A stretch of DNA of 64,000 nucleotides from Haplodiscus bocki (Eukaryota), in contig OZ296651.1 in NCBI GenBank assembly GCA_965655095.1, positions 64,046,001 to 64,110,000 on the forward strand, written 5' to 3'. The position numbers and the translations under genes were made by a program. The notes under the pieces are model-generated. The model saw only the letters and a list, made by a program, of their open reading frames with translations. It made no database searches and had not been told where the DNA came from. Of the stretch, positions 12,900 to 25,479 are shown one piece after another (position 1 is the first letter of the stretch; every line of letters begins with the position of its first letter).

Positions 12900-14180
12900 A
12901 AACTGCAATCGGCGGATAGCCTCCGAGGCCGCCGTGATCCGGTTGAGAGAGAACGTGGGCTCAAGCCCCTCATATTTCTAGGACACCTAACATCTACGTG
13001 AATCAAAGGTCCTCACTGAGTGATATTCCCCCCGAGGAAGGTCAGGCAAACAGCTGCCACTCCCACTAGCACCCTCTTATGCTTACTGACACAAGATTCA
13101 GGCTTGGGTCTCCATCTACGTCCCCGTCCGTCTGTCAACGTAACAGATTTCAATGGGGCAGACTTCAACTGACGGCTCTCACGAGTGACAGAAAGGCTTG
13201 TTGTCATCTCATCGGATAACTACGCCTCCAAGTAGGTGTCTCCTTGTGGGGTGTTCCCTAGCTGATCTTAAATGACGTTGATCTTATGGTCCTACAGGGT
13301 AGCAGAGTTCCTAATCCTATCCAGTCATCTAGACCAGATTGCAAGTGACTGTGGGACTGCAGTTCATCTTGCCGACAGGAATACCCTGGCCCTGCAGTCT
13401 AAGCGACGTGTTTATAATGCACCGGACTTGTTGGCTCCACGTTTCAAAGAGTGCTAGCACCCCTCACACACATGAAAGCCTACCCCTCCCGGAAGAGGCT
13501 TCGTCGTTGCCGAGCAAGGGGTCGTTACTGCCCTTGAGCACTCCGGACTTGGTGGATGCCCTGCTGACAGAACATCCTCCTCTCCCTAGGCAAGCCTAGT
13601 GAGAGTGCTTTTAAGGCATAGTCTGCCATAGCTGCCATTTTTTTCCTTCGGGAAGTAAGTCCCCGCGGTTTTCAGGACTTTGGGAGGATTTAGTTATAGT
13701 TGTCGGTAGATGAGCAATCGGAACAGTTGAGACTTAACAAATACTCTCACAATCTATAAGTGACTCTGCCTGGTGGTTACGATGGTTACGAAGACATTCC
13801 GAATCCCAGTTCCACATCCATATCAGAAATTCAGATCCGAGGTTCCACAGCTTTCTGAACCGTTCAGAACCGGGATTCCACACTGACTACAGCGCTTCCA
13901 CCACTGCCCTCCCGCTTTTCAGATAATAGTTTGAGAACATCTCGTAAAGGCATCCTCGTGACGGCAAGCATTTTCTACTTTCGGGCTGCTTAATTGATCA
14001 TGACAGCCTTACTGATACAAGTACCTTCCACATCCTTTAGTCAGATGATTCACTCAAAAGATCAGGAACTCAGGCAGCCCGTATGTCATGCGGTCTTAAC
14101 CCCCGAAGGAGTATTCCAGAAACTGTGCCCTTTCCCCCCAATCAGTTGAGCTTCACATCAACTCAAGAGAGTCAAACAGG
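12900..14180 (-). ncRNA. Highly structured 5' leader of the R2-like element
   Basis: Many stems: a cUUCGg hairpin near 14098-14113, TTCTGAAC/GTTCAGAA 13853-13869, GAATCCC/GGGATTC 13801-13878, CTAGGCTTGCCTAG near 13590, CGGCGG..CCGCCG near 12910-12935, and a pseudoknot at 13982-14091. Confidence 0.55.
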
Positions 14181-14640
14181 GCTTTTGATTGAAACCTTGA
14201 TGGAAGAAAAATAGACCTTGATGGAAAAAAAGCCTGTTGTGGCCGAGAAATTCGAGTTTGAATATCTAGATGAATCAGTAATAAGAACAAATTTAAGATT
14301 CTTCGGACTATCAAGATGCCAATGCGAGGAAGATAATCAATTATGCCTCAGTCGAATAGTTCACCACAAATTGGAGACTTTGCTATGAAATCTTATTGGT
14401 GGAAATGAAGCCTCTAGTTAAGGGAAAACATGCGTTTAAATATCGAGATGAATCACTATTAAGCGCAGTTTCCGGATTTCGCTGACAACCAGAATCCCGA
14501 TGCAAGAAACAAAATCTTTTTTTTCAATTGACCACCCCTCTGTAGAGAGCTTCGGATTGAAACCTAGATAGAAAAACTGAACCATGTTTTTTTGGAGAGG
14601 AGTGAGTTTCAAAATCAAGAATTTGCACCATGAGTCGCAC
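14181..14640. repeat. Degenerate ~175 bp satellite, right part (continues 7750-8980)
   Basis: Same anchors: GCTTTTGATTGAAACCTTGATGGAAG at 14181, ATATCTAGATGAATC, GAATAGTTCACCAC, ATATCGAGATG. Confidence 0.8.
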
Positions 14641-15329
14641 TTTTTGAGTTCCCTCAATTTGTGGGGATCACAGAACGAAATGATCCAGCAGAAATGTTTA
14701 TGACTTGATTTCTTATTTTTTTTGCCGAGGGGAAACTTGGAGGGTGAAGAAAGCTGCTACCAAAATGCTAAAAAGAATCATATCTTTGTGGTTAAATTTA
14801 GATTTTTTTCAAAGTTTTTTTCACACTTTTTCAGCTTGCAGGAGAACTGATATTTTATACGTGATTTTTGGAAATTATTAAAGAATAACGATTTGTGTCA
14901 GTTCCGTTTAAAATTGGTTGGTTTTTTGAAAATTTGCATTTCAAAAAACCTTTTTTTCTTTGAAAAAACCCTGTTTACGCTGTCAAATGACAAGAAAGTG
15001 TCAACGAGTTTCTGCAAACATGTTAGAAATCTTTCGACGATAGAGGGGGATTCAAACCCGCCACCTGTCAGACCGCGGTGACAACCCACACTTATGGAGT
15101 AGACAAGACATCAGTGATTTTTTTCGGCTGTACACCCAAGTCTTTGCGTCGCAGGCGAAGTCAGGAGGAGAAAATTGCAACTACCTTATTGATTCTTTTC
15201 TGCTCCAATGTCCAACTGTCGTCTGCTCCAATATCCTTTTTTGGGAAAACCTTTTTATTCCCGGAAAGTTAAATCGAAACAAGCGTTTTTTCCACAAAAC
15301 TTTTGAAAGAGATTCAATAATTTTATCTT

Positions 15330-16240
15330 TGTCTCAAATACGGAAAAGTGTGGAATATAGTGTTCCGCTTCTTGTTGTCGAACCGAGGAGATAAAGTTGT
15401 TGGTTAAGGCATTCGTAACACGTGAATTGAGTGCTCACTTCACCCAAATTATTATCCAAGCTGCTGATGTGCTCAGATGGGTACAATCGCCCTGTTCCTT
15501 TTTGCATAGTTGGATGCGGGAATTCAAGCTGTTTTAGAACTGAACGGAAAGTCTGATTTCTCAAGCTCAACCAGACGCGGAAAGCGAAACAATGCCTCCT
15601 CTGTATCAACGGACGTCCCAAATAGTTTTTGTTTTTCATATTCGGTATTCGAGGTTGCAGCCAAGTCACTCCCTATCTTTTCATCCATGAGGCATTGTAT
15701 CTTTTCGCTTCTGAGTGAACTGGCACTGGAGTGATGGTTGATTTGATTGTTTTCGAACCGTTTTGTACTGTCATAAAACGTAGTCAAAATAGTTCGCTTC
15801 AAAAGCTGTTCTGCTTTGGCACTGTCTGGAGATATTAGCAAAAAATGATGCTCATTCGATGGCACGGCTTGACAAATTCCGTCGGGATGCACAAATTTGA
15901 CTTGGTTTTCCTGATGTTTTCTGATGATGTTTTGAGTGTTCTGCGAGCACATTGAAGTTTCAAGACCATTGCACAAACTGGGAGACCTTGAATGAAATGT
16001 TTTTCCGTGGTTCCGGAAAAGATTGAGAGCTGTGATTTTCTCATCGGTAGCAAAATAGGACCAACCCAGAATTCGACAGCAATTCTCTGAAAACAGTAGT
16101 CGTTTGTTTCAACGGTTGAAATATTTGAGCAGCTCAGAGTGGGCTATATTTTTTTAATATGAACGGTCCGAGAGTTCTGGTCGCCTAAGTGAAGGATTCT
16201 CCATCCAGTCATTAAAGCATTCCATCAACATGCAGAAAAA
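15330..16240 (-). pseudogene. Unassigned decayed ORF
   Basis: ORF 15524-15976 extends upstream in frame through a few stops; a CYEC motif lies downstream in another frame. No family recognised. Confidence 0.25.
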
Positions 16241-17555
16241 GCGTACTTGGCGCTGTCACGATCTTTTGTGGAATGCTATCAGCAGCTTTCTACGTCAATA
16301 TGCCATGCGCGCTATATTACTCATGTTTCAATTAATTAGGTACTGCTTGTAACGCTTTGGGTGGATGTTCTTGAATATGACAACTATCAAAGTTTCATTT
16401 TACATGTTGGTGGTTCCTGCTCGCAAAATTGCTTTTGCATTTTTAGCTCTTGCGTTAGGGGTTCTGGTGCCTTATTTCACTCGAAATCGAAGAAAAACTT
16501 CAATTTACATTTTTGTAGAACCACTTGTCATAATTTGACTGCAGAGAAACTGGATTTCGAAATAATGGAAGAGAGGTGTCAATAATTACCTTTTGTGCAT
16601 TTAATCAAGAAAATTCAGTTAAAGTTGGTTTCATGTTTTGACCGGTTTGACTCGAAATATTTTCGGCTGGGGAATCAGAATGTCAAAAATTGTATTCAGC
16701 CTCCCTCCCTCCTTATTACTGAGATCAGAATTTACTATGACAGTTGTTGATCTTTTTTCCTTCACCTGTGCTCCACAAGAAATGGATTTCTGAATGTTTT
16801 TTGATTTTTCACACTTGATCAAGCTTTTGCTCTAAGATTCTGTTTTTTTTTCGATTCGTTCCAAGATTATAATCTTCCTAGATTTCGTTCATGAATTCTC
16901 ACTTTCTTGCAAAAATTTGTTGATGCTCTATCGCGCAGTTAACAAAAGGTTGCATTTTTTCCAGCCTGCGCGTTTGGTTTAAATATATAAGGAATTCGTT
17001 GACTTAATTATATCTGTTTACTTGTTCAATCAGTAGTTTTCGTAGTTCGAAAGTCAGTTATACTTGCTCGATTTGTTCACTAGTATTTCATTGGCGCAAG
17101 TGTTGAGAAGTGCAGCTTATCTGTGCTAGATCTTGGAGAACTGGCTCGTATTGATGATTTTTCCTTATCCTCTCTTTTTTTCAGCATCGTAAGTCTCGTG
17201 AGAATCGTTTGATTTTATATGGGTTCAATTGGCTTCAGGAATGTTGTTATCACCAGTTAATACAAAAGCAGCTCATTCATTAGCTTTGTCCTTCGGCGTG
17301 TAACGCGTGTTTGGGCGCGCTGAACTGTAGGATGAAGTAAGTAACTGAAGTTCTTCATTTCTAAGAATATCACGATCAAGACAGTTAATTATCTGCGAAT
17401 AAACACTTGATAGGTCGCTGCTCTCGTAATTCTAAAAATGTTGATCAGTCAGGATGCCGCTTTGATATTCTGACTGATATGTATCCTCATCCCTACAGAT
17501 GAGTCGGAATGTTTTGCGAAGTTCGACTTCATTTTTAATGAGATTACTTGCTTAG

Positions 17556-17708
17556 ACAATTCGGTGCAAACTTTGCTGTGAATCATTTGTGGAAGGGAAA
17601 GAATACATGCGACATCTGAAGTCCTGCAGAGCTATGATTTCTTCTCAGACAGGGAGAAGTTCGTCTCCGACTGAAACGACTGCGAAGACTTCCTCCACTA
17701 AAGCATCG
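17556..17708 (+). CDS. Zinc-finger gene exon (C-x2-C-x12-H-x3-C finger)
   Basis: cttag acceptor and GTGAGT donor; 153 nt, phase 0/0; TIRCKLCCESFVEGKEYMRHLKSC. Confidence 0.75.
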
Positions 17709-18193
17709 GTGAGTCTGAACGTAGCCTTAAGTGAAATAAATATATCGCTTGAGTTGATATACCATTTGCGTTGAAAGGATTCTAAGTTGGACCACCCCAT
17801 AGGCTCCTTTAGATAACGCTGGGGTTTTGACAACTACTAGCCTGCGGTAAACTCGTCTACTTGAAGATAGACATGACGAAGTCCCTGTCATTATTCGAAC
17901 ACACTACCTTTCGATCAACAGTCCAGGGCACATACAAGTGTGCGATCTACCCCAATAACGTGAAAGATATTGATATATTTTCGAGAGATGCAAGTAAACA
18001 ATCATCGTTATTGATTGTTCATGCGATCAGTCTAAAGGAAAGCAGCAAAAACAAATGTGACTAGTTTGTTTTTAAGGCATTATCGTATGCTGAAAATGGT
18101 TTGAAAAGGCATTGCTTAAAGTGTGCTTACAATGCGACAAATGTCCAAAAGAGAGAACACTTCGAAGCTTTAGCAAAACAATGATTTTTTCAG

Positions 18194-18709
18194 AGAGGAA
18201 GAACTGCTAGGGGAGGATCGAAAGCGGGGGCGGCTGCTTCGAAAGTGAAAGTTCCGGAGCTGAACAACAAAAGACAGACTCCGGTCAAAAAGCGAGGACG
18301 AGGAGCAAAAGCGAATGTGGGCCAGAGACGCCCTAAATCTAGCACTTCGAGTCGCCCGGGAGATTTATCGTCTAAAAATGTATCAACAGGTCGGGGTTCG
18401 CCGCAAAATGGTAGTGGCAGTGGGGGAACTCGATCTTCTGCTACCTCACAGTACCACCCGGCTCTTGATAAAGTGAACTCGCCTTTGCCATACTGTGAAC
18501 TGTGTGACAAACAGTTTTCTATGCAAACCACATATCAAATTCATATGCAGAGTAAGGAGCACAAGGCGTTGGAGCAAGCGAAGGTCGAGGAGGAAAAAAC
18601 GAGAAATAAATCGTATTCTTGTTGCCTGTGCCCGGACCAAGGACCTTGGAAACATAAAAGGCTGTTGAAACAACATTTTCATACGTTTCAGCACAAAATG
18701 GCCAAAAAG
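18194..18709 (+). CDS. Zinc-finger gene exon: basic/NLS-like region plus two matrin/U1-type C2H2 fingers
   Basis: ttttttcag acceptor and AG|GTAGTA donor; 516 nt, phase 0/0; YCELCDKQFSMQTTYQIHMQSKEH and YSCCLC...QHFHTFQH. Confidence 0.8.
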
Positions 18710-19659
18710 GTAGTAAACCTGTTATTTTGTGTTTTATACCACCGTGTGCAGATCTTCACTGTTGCTACTCATTCAGACAGAAAAAAAGTTCATTGTTGCT
18801 AGCTTATTCATGCTTAGTTTTTCCTGTGCATAACTTGCATTTTGTGACGTGATCAAAGGGATTTATTGAATCAAAAATGAAATATTTCGAACCAGACAGG
18901 TACTTGTTCGTTTTCGCGTTCCATTTTGTGCTAATTTCACAAAAAATGCTCTTAAGCAACAGCGGCCTAAAAGCTCTAGGTTGACATATCAATTCTTTTT
19001 CTGCGTTTCACTAAAGGTAAAGATGCCGACCATTACTTACTTTTTTTATCAGACCAAAGATGATACCTCCTTTGCATATACCGGGAAATTCTTGGATATG
19101 CATTTTGCACCGCATCAACTGATGCACCTGTTTAATCAAGTTATTACAAATAACATTTGAGAAAGTGTTATATCGCAGTCTTTGAAGTCTTTTCCGATCC
19201 GTTCACAACTCACACAAGTTCTCAGATTGTGAACAAAGAGAGGAGGGAATGGCCTAGGCCCGAAGCTGGGACCGTTTACACAGCTCTCGATTTTCCATTG
19301 ACTGTGCGAGTTTTACTTGAAAATCAGTGTTTTTTATTCAAAATATCAAGCGAATGAAATATTATAGCGTTTCTTTGTATATAAATGTACAAAAATTAAC
19401 TGAGTTTCTGCAAACTTGTTATCAGTAGTATTCGTAGTATTGTGACCCCTTCAAAAACCAGTTCTATTTGGTTGATTTGAGCACTAGCATTCCGTTGGTG
19501 CAAGTGTTGCGAAGCATGGCTTGGTCTCGGTGTGAGTTTTGAACCAAAATTTTGCCATAAGGACGCAAATTGAGTTTGCTCGTTTGCGCCTTTGAGAACT
19601 GAAACTGATCGTAGTTTATTTTTGTTAGAGAAACATAAAGAGATCTTTAAGCTTTTCGT

Positions 19660-19830
19660 CGTAGTTTAAAATAGCAAAGGAAAATCTTTCATTAGGTTGG
19701 TTTTTTATTTTATTTTACGAAATTAACATTACGAAAGTAAAATCTTTCTCTCAGTTGGTTGAATTTTTTCCGTCGTATTTTGAATTACGAAAGAAAATTC
19801 CTTCTCTCAGTAGGCTGATTTTTTTCTTCG
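19660..19830. repeat. Three ~55-60 bp degenerate tandem repeats
   Basis: AAAATCTTTCTCTCAGTTGGTTG-like unit near 19680, 19738 and 19795. Confidence 0.6.
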
Positions 19831-19869
19831 GAATTTACCAATTTGGGATGGGCATGTTCAAGTTTTTTT

Positions 19870-20060
19870 AAACCCTAAAAATGTCACATGGACTCGTAGG
19901 ATGCAGTTGTGACAATCCGGACGAAAGTTTCGGCTCAAAGTCCGAAAAAATACATAAAATCAAAAAACTTTGTCGAAGAAGATATGTTTCTCTCCCAAAT
20001 GTTTCTCTGTACAAGTAGAATGCAGTTTTGAAAACTCCTTTCTCGAATTCCGATGTTTTT
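19870..20060. repeat. Copies of the AAATGTTCCTCTGGACAC-TAGAATGCAGTTTTGACAA repeat family
   Basis: Units near 19878 and 19997; the same family occurs at 23100-23520. Confidence 0.65.
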
Positions 20061-20089
20061 AGATGCAGTCCCATAACTTTTCTATAGTT

Positions 20090-21000
20090 TTCTTTGCAAC
20101 GGAAGCTTGAAAACCGGTCAAATTTATGTCAATTTGACCAATGTCATTGTATTGATCGTTTTTTCCTGCATGTATGGCTCCAAGGTGCCTGAATTTCTTA
20201 CAATCTGAACGAGTAGACTCTGTTCTATCGTACAATGTTTTTCAGTTGTGGTTCGACGCTTCTTCGATGTTTTTTCTGCGAAAGAAATTTGAAAATCGTG
20301 CTGACTTTGTCAACCTGGTCAGCAATTTTTTCATATAAAGTTTTTTTGTTTCCTCATGTAGGGCTCCCAATTACCTGAATGTTGCACAGGTTTAACGGGG
20401 AGGCTCTGTTCTATCAAACACTAATTTTTAGTTGCGAGCCGCCAAGGTTTCCATAGTTTTTGTTTGCGATGGAAACTTGAAAACCCAGCTATTTTGGCCA
20501 ATTTGATCAAAGCTGTCTGTTCATTGATCGCTTCTATCTTCATATAGGGATCCAAATTTCTTGATTTTTTAACCGGCTGAATGAGGGAACTCTATCACGC
20601 ACTAAATTAGGTTGTCCGATTTTTTTGGATGTTTTTTTCTGTGAAACAATTTTCAACATCGAGCAAATTTTGTCAACTTGATTGCGAGATATGTCATAAT
20701 ATAGGTCAGTTTTATCTTCATATAAAGCTCCAAATTGCGCTATTTTTGCACGAGTTTTCTGAGTAGACTCTTCTATCACACACTGAATGTTTTTTGCCGA
20801 ATGACAAATGATTGTTTCTTGGCGAGAGAAACTTGAAAAACGAATTACTTTCAACAACTTTGGCAATAATTGTGATATTATAGGTCGTTTGTTTCTGCAT
20901 GTATGGCTCCCAGTATTGCTACAATTTCAGTCAACTCTTACAATATGGCTTTTTTTCAATTCGTGCTGAATATCATTTGCGGTCCGACAGTGTTTCCATC
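20090..21000. repeat. Degenerate ~185-bp tandem repeat
   Basis: GAAACTTGAAAA...TTTCTGCATGTATGGCTCC...CTCTGTTCTATC blocks recur near 20100, 20285, 20472, 20645 and 20828. Confidence 0.7.
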
Positions 21001-23089
21001 TGTGTTATCGGCGAAAGACTCTTGGAAGTGGAGCTTTTCTTCATTTTTTAGGACCTTCAATTCTTTTTTCCTGACCTAATTCGTCGATTTCTTTTAATTT
21101 AGAACAAACATAACAGTTCAAATCTATCAGATAGTTATTTTTAGTCTCGGTGACGAAGTTGTTCGTTTGTTTTTTTTTGATGACTGATCTTGAAAATCAA
21201 CCTTTCTCCATATTCCCTGATCAAATTTTAGTTCTCTGCTGGAAGCGCGTCCCAGAAAAACCTTTGGTATGCCTTAGCATAGAAAAGGGTTTTTTCTCGT
21301 ACATTTATGTTGCTGAGGGAAAAATCTTCACGAAAAACGTTTGTCAATTTGAAGTAGTTCTCTTGGTACCTAGGTCTCCTACCTACTTGAACTCTGCATA
21401 GTTTTTTTCGTTGATGGTCTTTTTTGTAATAGTAGCTGTTCGTTTCTATATCAATGTTTCTCGATAGTTTTTTCTTCGAAAAAACTTTAAAAATCGAGCA
21501 GTTTGAAGTTTTATATACTGGAAAAAAATCCAAACGAAAGCATTTTCTGAACATGGCTTATGAAAGACTTCAGTCGATTATCGGATACGGTTTTGCTGCG
21601 TTGACAAGAAAGAAATTTTTGATAGGTTTTTAAAGAGAGAGTCTTGAAAATTGAGCTGTTTTCAACAATTTTTGTGTTTTTCGTCAACGTTGGTACAATG
21701 TCTCTAAAAATAGGCCTGAAACTCCTTCAAAGGCTCCATTGGCATAACAAGGAGGTCAATTTTGTCAGCTTTTAACTTTTGATAGAGTTCTGGCAGTTTT
21801 TTGATAAGTGATCATCACCACCGACGGAACGTGATGATCTTATATTTTGTTATTTTGAACTTTTTGTCACATTTCATTTTCTTGGGACAGTCACGTCGGA
21901 GACTGTCGAATTTCTCCCTTTCTTAACAAGGTGACTTCAATCAGGTACTTAAGGTTTTTGGGTCAGAAGGTTATTTAAAATACTTTTAACAGAATAAACT
22001 TCCAGATCAGCATTTGTATGCTTTGTCAATCTTAAGTTCTATATCCGATAGACAAGGACTGGAAGTGAGACCCATTTGGCATTGCTATTACAAAGATAGA
22101 CCAGTAAGTGCCGAATCCAGCAAGTGCCGAGGTATCACTCATACGATGATGGCACGATTTCTTTGTTTCTTAGGAAGCTCCTACCGCGAGCATAGCTGTG
22201 AGCCCTTAGTGCGTTTTCTAATTTTGCTTTCGATTCCTGACCGGCTGAAAAAGCAAAAGTTTTCACTAATTACAGCTAGATTTCGTTTGATAATTCTCCA
22301 TAACTACTAACCTGAATTCTTCATGCGAGAACTCAAGTAAAAGCTCTCTAGTTGAGGAGGACTTTTCAATAAGAAAAAGGTGGGTCTCGATGCCTGCGTC
22401 GGCATGCTGATAGTCCAAAGAAGGCCTGAAAGTAATGACAATTCTGACGTATCTCTAAATCCAATATCTCTGCTCCAGAACTTTTCGCTTCACTTCCATC
22501 AAGGTGGTGATTGATAGCTTCTTAACAGGGGAACGTTTTTTCAACTGAAAGTCCTTGATTCTCGGACAATCAACACGATTTTCATGATTGGCCGAAAAGT
22601 TCATTTATTTTTGTTATTTTCTCGACATTCTAACTCATAATATTCTAAAGCTCTCCTGTAATATAAAACTGCTTGCGGAAGTATAATATATTTTCTGTAA
22701 ACTCCAATTGTAATAGAAATTTACAAATTGGGAGTCAATCAAGAAAATAGAGGCTTGAATTCTTCCGACAAGGTTTGAATCGAAAACCTCCTTTTTTATG
22801 TTCGATCATCATTTCTACTTCCCTTCGACCGAAATTTTTAACTCTCTTCTGGGCATCTATGTACTTTTTTCATTTTTCTCCCCGTGATTTTGGAGTTGCT
22901 TGTATTACTTTTCCTCAAACACCTCGGGAGTTATTGCTTCCATTTGTTGATGGAATATTAGTATTTGCAACAATCCTCGGGAATTTTTGCCTCTTCAGTT
23001 CTTGTTTGTCCTCAGTTATATCACAAAGGACTACACAGTGGCTCGTGATTCAATGTCCGGAAAAGATGAAAATTATATTCTCTCTTCAA

Positions 23090-23520
23090 AAAGTTTTTCC
23101 AAAATGTTTCTCTGGACACTTGGAATGCTGTTTTAACAACCCTGCCGATATTTTTTCAAGTCGAAAAAACTAGAAATTCATAATTGTCGAACTTATCTCC
23201 CAAAAGGTTCCTCTGGACACCTAGAATGCAATTTTGACAACCCTCACGTGAAAGTGGCCAGAAAGCCGAAAAGTTTTCGGTCAAATTTCGAAAATGATAA
23301 AAAAACACATTTTCCCCAAAATGCTATTTCTCAAAATGTTCATCTGGTTAAGTAGAATGCAGATTTTGACAACCCTGCCGGGAACTTTCCATTCAGAATC
23401 CAAAAATCGTTCGATCAATGTAAGAAAAATATCATTCAATTGTTTTTTCTAGAAATATTTTTGTAGCAAAATTTAACGGCACGTGTTTTGCAGTACTGAC
23501 AACTCTGCCGAAAATCGTAC
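23090..23520. repeat. Degenerate ~110-130 bp tandem repeat (CTCTGGACAC/TAGAATGCAGTTTTGACAACCCTGCCG family)
   Basis: Four units near 23101, 23202, 23333 and 23468. Confidence 0.75.
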
Positions 23521-25479
23521 AGTCAACAATTTTTATTTTCTTACAAGATGATTCAATATCCATATCTTCGTCTTTCATCCTTGGTTCGAATTTCTGATAG
23601 GCCTATTTTGCCAAAAGTTTTGTATTTATGTATGATGCTTCTAGGTATTAGAACTATTTTTTTCCAGAGCTACTAGCTGCTTTTCCTCATCAAGAGGTCA
23701 ATCGACAAGTTTCAATTTTTGAATAGTTTTCAAATGAGAAACATTAAGTTTTATTGCTCTTAGCGGAAGTTTGATTGGCTGATTGGAACTTGCTTAAGCA
23801 TGTCGTTCTTCTTGAGAATCCCACTTTTCTGTCTCAAAACTACCGACTGGACTTCTTCCTTCAATGTCTCAGTGGACACTTTTATCTGTGTATATGTGGC
23901 CACTTTATTATAAGGCTACTCGATGAACATATTTCCAAACGTGTTCCCTGTTTTTCTGATCTTAGGCTGAATTTGGCAAAAGTGCGAATTGTAATGGCTT
24001 TTCTCTCTAGACAATCTCATTTTGTCTAAAAGTACTGGTTCGATTCCAAGTATCAAGATCTCATGAAATAGTTTCCAACTTTTCAAAGCGATTCAGAAAA
24101 ATACCTCGGATTTAGTACTTTGCTTTCCAGGTCTGGTGAGTCGATAATGCTAAGAATTGTTTAAATCAGTAGTGGAATGGATGTTTTTGGAGAACCTTTG
24201 GAATTTAGACTCAAAGCAGTATTTTCGTTTTTCAACTGTTTGCAAAAGTTGATCAAAAACTTTCTAATTTGGCGAAAAATATGCTAGTTCTAGCCGGTCT
24301 TTTTGTTTACTATTCTTAATCGTTAGCGTCTAATGCCTTATACCTTGGTGTCTATTTCTTGGTTTTATCCATTGTTGAATATTTTCTTTGTGTGCAAACG
24401 GAGTTCTCAAGCTAATAATACTAATTTAATTCATCTGCAGGATATAAAATATTTAGCTCAATAAATTAAATTGGATAATTAACAATCCTACAGAAGAGAC
24501 TTCCAAAGAGCTTAAGCCCGCTCAAGAGGGAACCTCATATATTTGAACTTTCGAGGAGTTTCATTATGTTTCAACCCTATTACATAATTTTTCATGTTCC
24601 AGAAAAGAATTCAAACATATGGTAAATTACAACAAGAGAACAAAAGTCAATTTGCGTGAAGCGCAACCCCAGCATGGCGAGCTGGGGTAGTCAGCCAATT
24701 TTTCTGCAAACTGCTTGAGGTTATAAAGCTCTGAAACACATTTTTGTCAGGACTGTTCCGATGACAAAAACCTTATCTGACACTGGCAAAACTGGTCGAT
24801 TGCATTCAAACGTTTTTTCCCAGTCTATTATCTAGTTCTGCGACTCTTAATTTGGACTACTCGTTGCATCAGTGTCCTGGCTGTGCCTAAAAGTCATCAG
24901 TATTGCGCATGAGTGCTCTTATCGTCTAAAATTGCTCGAAGCCAGACCCCAAATTCCGAAAAAAAATCGGAACTCACGACCCAGTTGATCCACTCGCATC
25001 CAGCGAAGCATTTTCATCCGATGCCAGACTTACCTGGCCCCTGGGACCACGGTGATTACAAGGAACACAGATGGGGGCCCGTGGGAACTCTAACGCGAGG
25101 AAAACACATCAGGGGAAGCGCTTAGAAAAGCACTGAAGAGCCCAGATAAGGTCTCAGAAATCCACAATAAACAGACGAACAAATACTAAAACAGAATCAT
25201 CAAGAACAATTCATACCATACACAAAATTAACAGGCTCCCAGTTGCCAAGTGTGGAATATTTTCAAAATTTTTGTCTAAAATTTTTCAATTCATAATCAC
25301 CAAAAGGTTGAAGCGTTTTTGAATCAGGAAGTAAACCAAGTCGGATACATTTGTTTTAGCGCGCAGGAACCCATTTCGCCGGAGCATGATCTAGTTCATT
25401 CGTGTTACTCAATGGAACCGATGCCTCATCAGTCGCAGTGGACCTCGAATTTTATCGATTCACGGGATTTCTAAGTAAG

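Larger units (their letters stand above)
8980..14180 (-). mobile_element. R2-clade non-LTR retrotransposon (RLE type), decayed, with long 5' leader
   Basis: A single disrupted ORF (ZF-ZF-ZF-Myb-RT-zinc knuckle-RLE) plus a GC-richer leader at 12244-14180, flanked on both sides by the same satellite. Confidence 0.9.

Noticed and set aside
13010-13390. Canonical HDV-like ribozyme using UUCCUCG as L3 and GUAUUCC/GGAAUAU as P1 (minus strand)
   Set aside because: No GG for P1.1 after P1', and no convincing J4/2 or P2.
15040-15100. tRNA gene (B-box-like GGTTTGAATCC on minus; a similar GGTTCGATCC near 30968)
   Set aside because: No cloverleaf can be formed; at most decayed SINE heads.
7750-23520. 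CRISPR-like repeat/spacer arrays
   Set aside because: The repeats are degenerate eukaryotic satellites with homologous inter-anchor sequence, and there are no cas genes.
25125-25170. Hammerhead-like CTGAAGA...GAAA
   Set aside because: Stem II does not close on the GAAA box and there is no stem I or III.
24603-25473. Extra exons of the zinc-finger gene (at 24603 and about 25360)
   Set aside because: They lead to early stops, and 18709 joins 29295 in phase without them.
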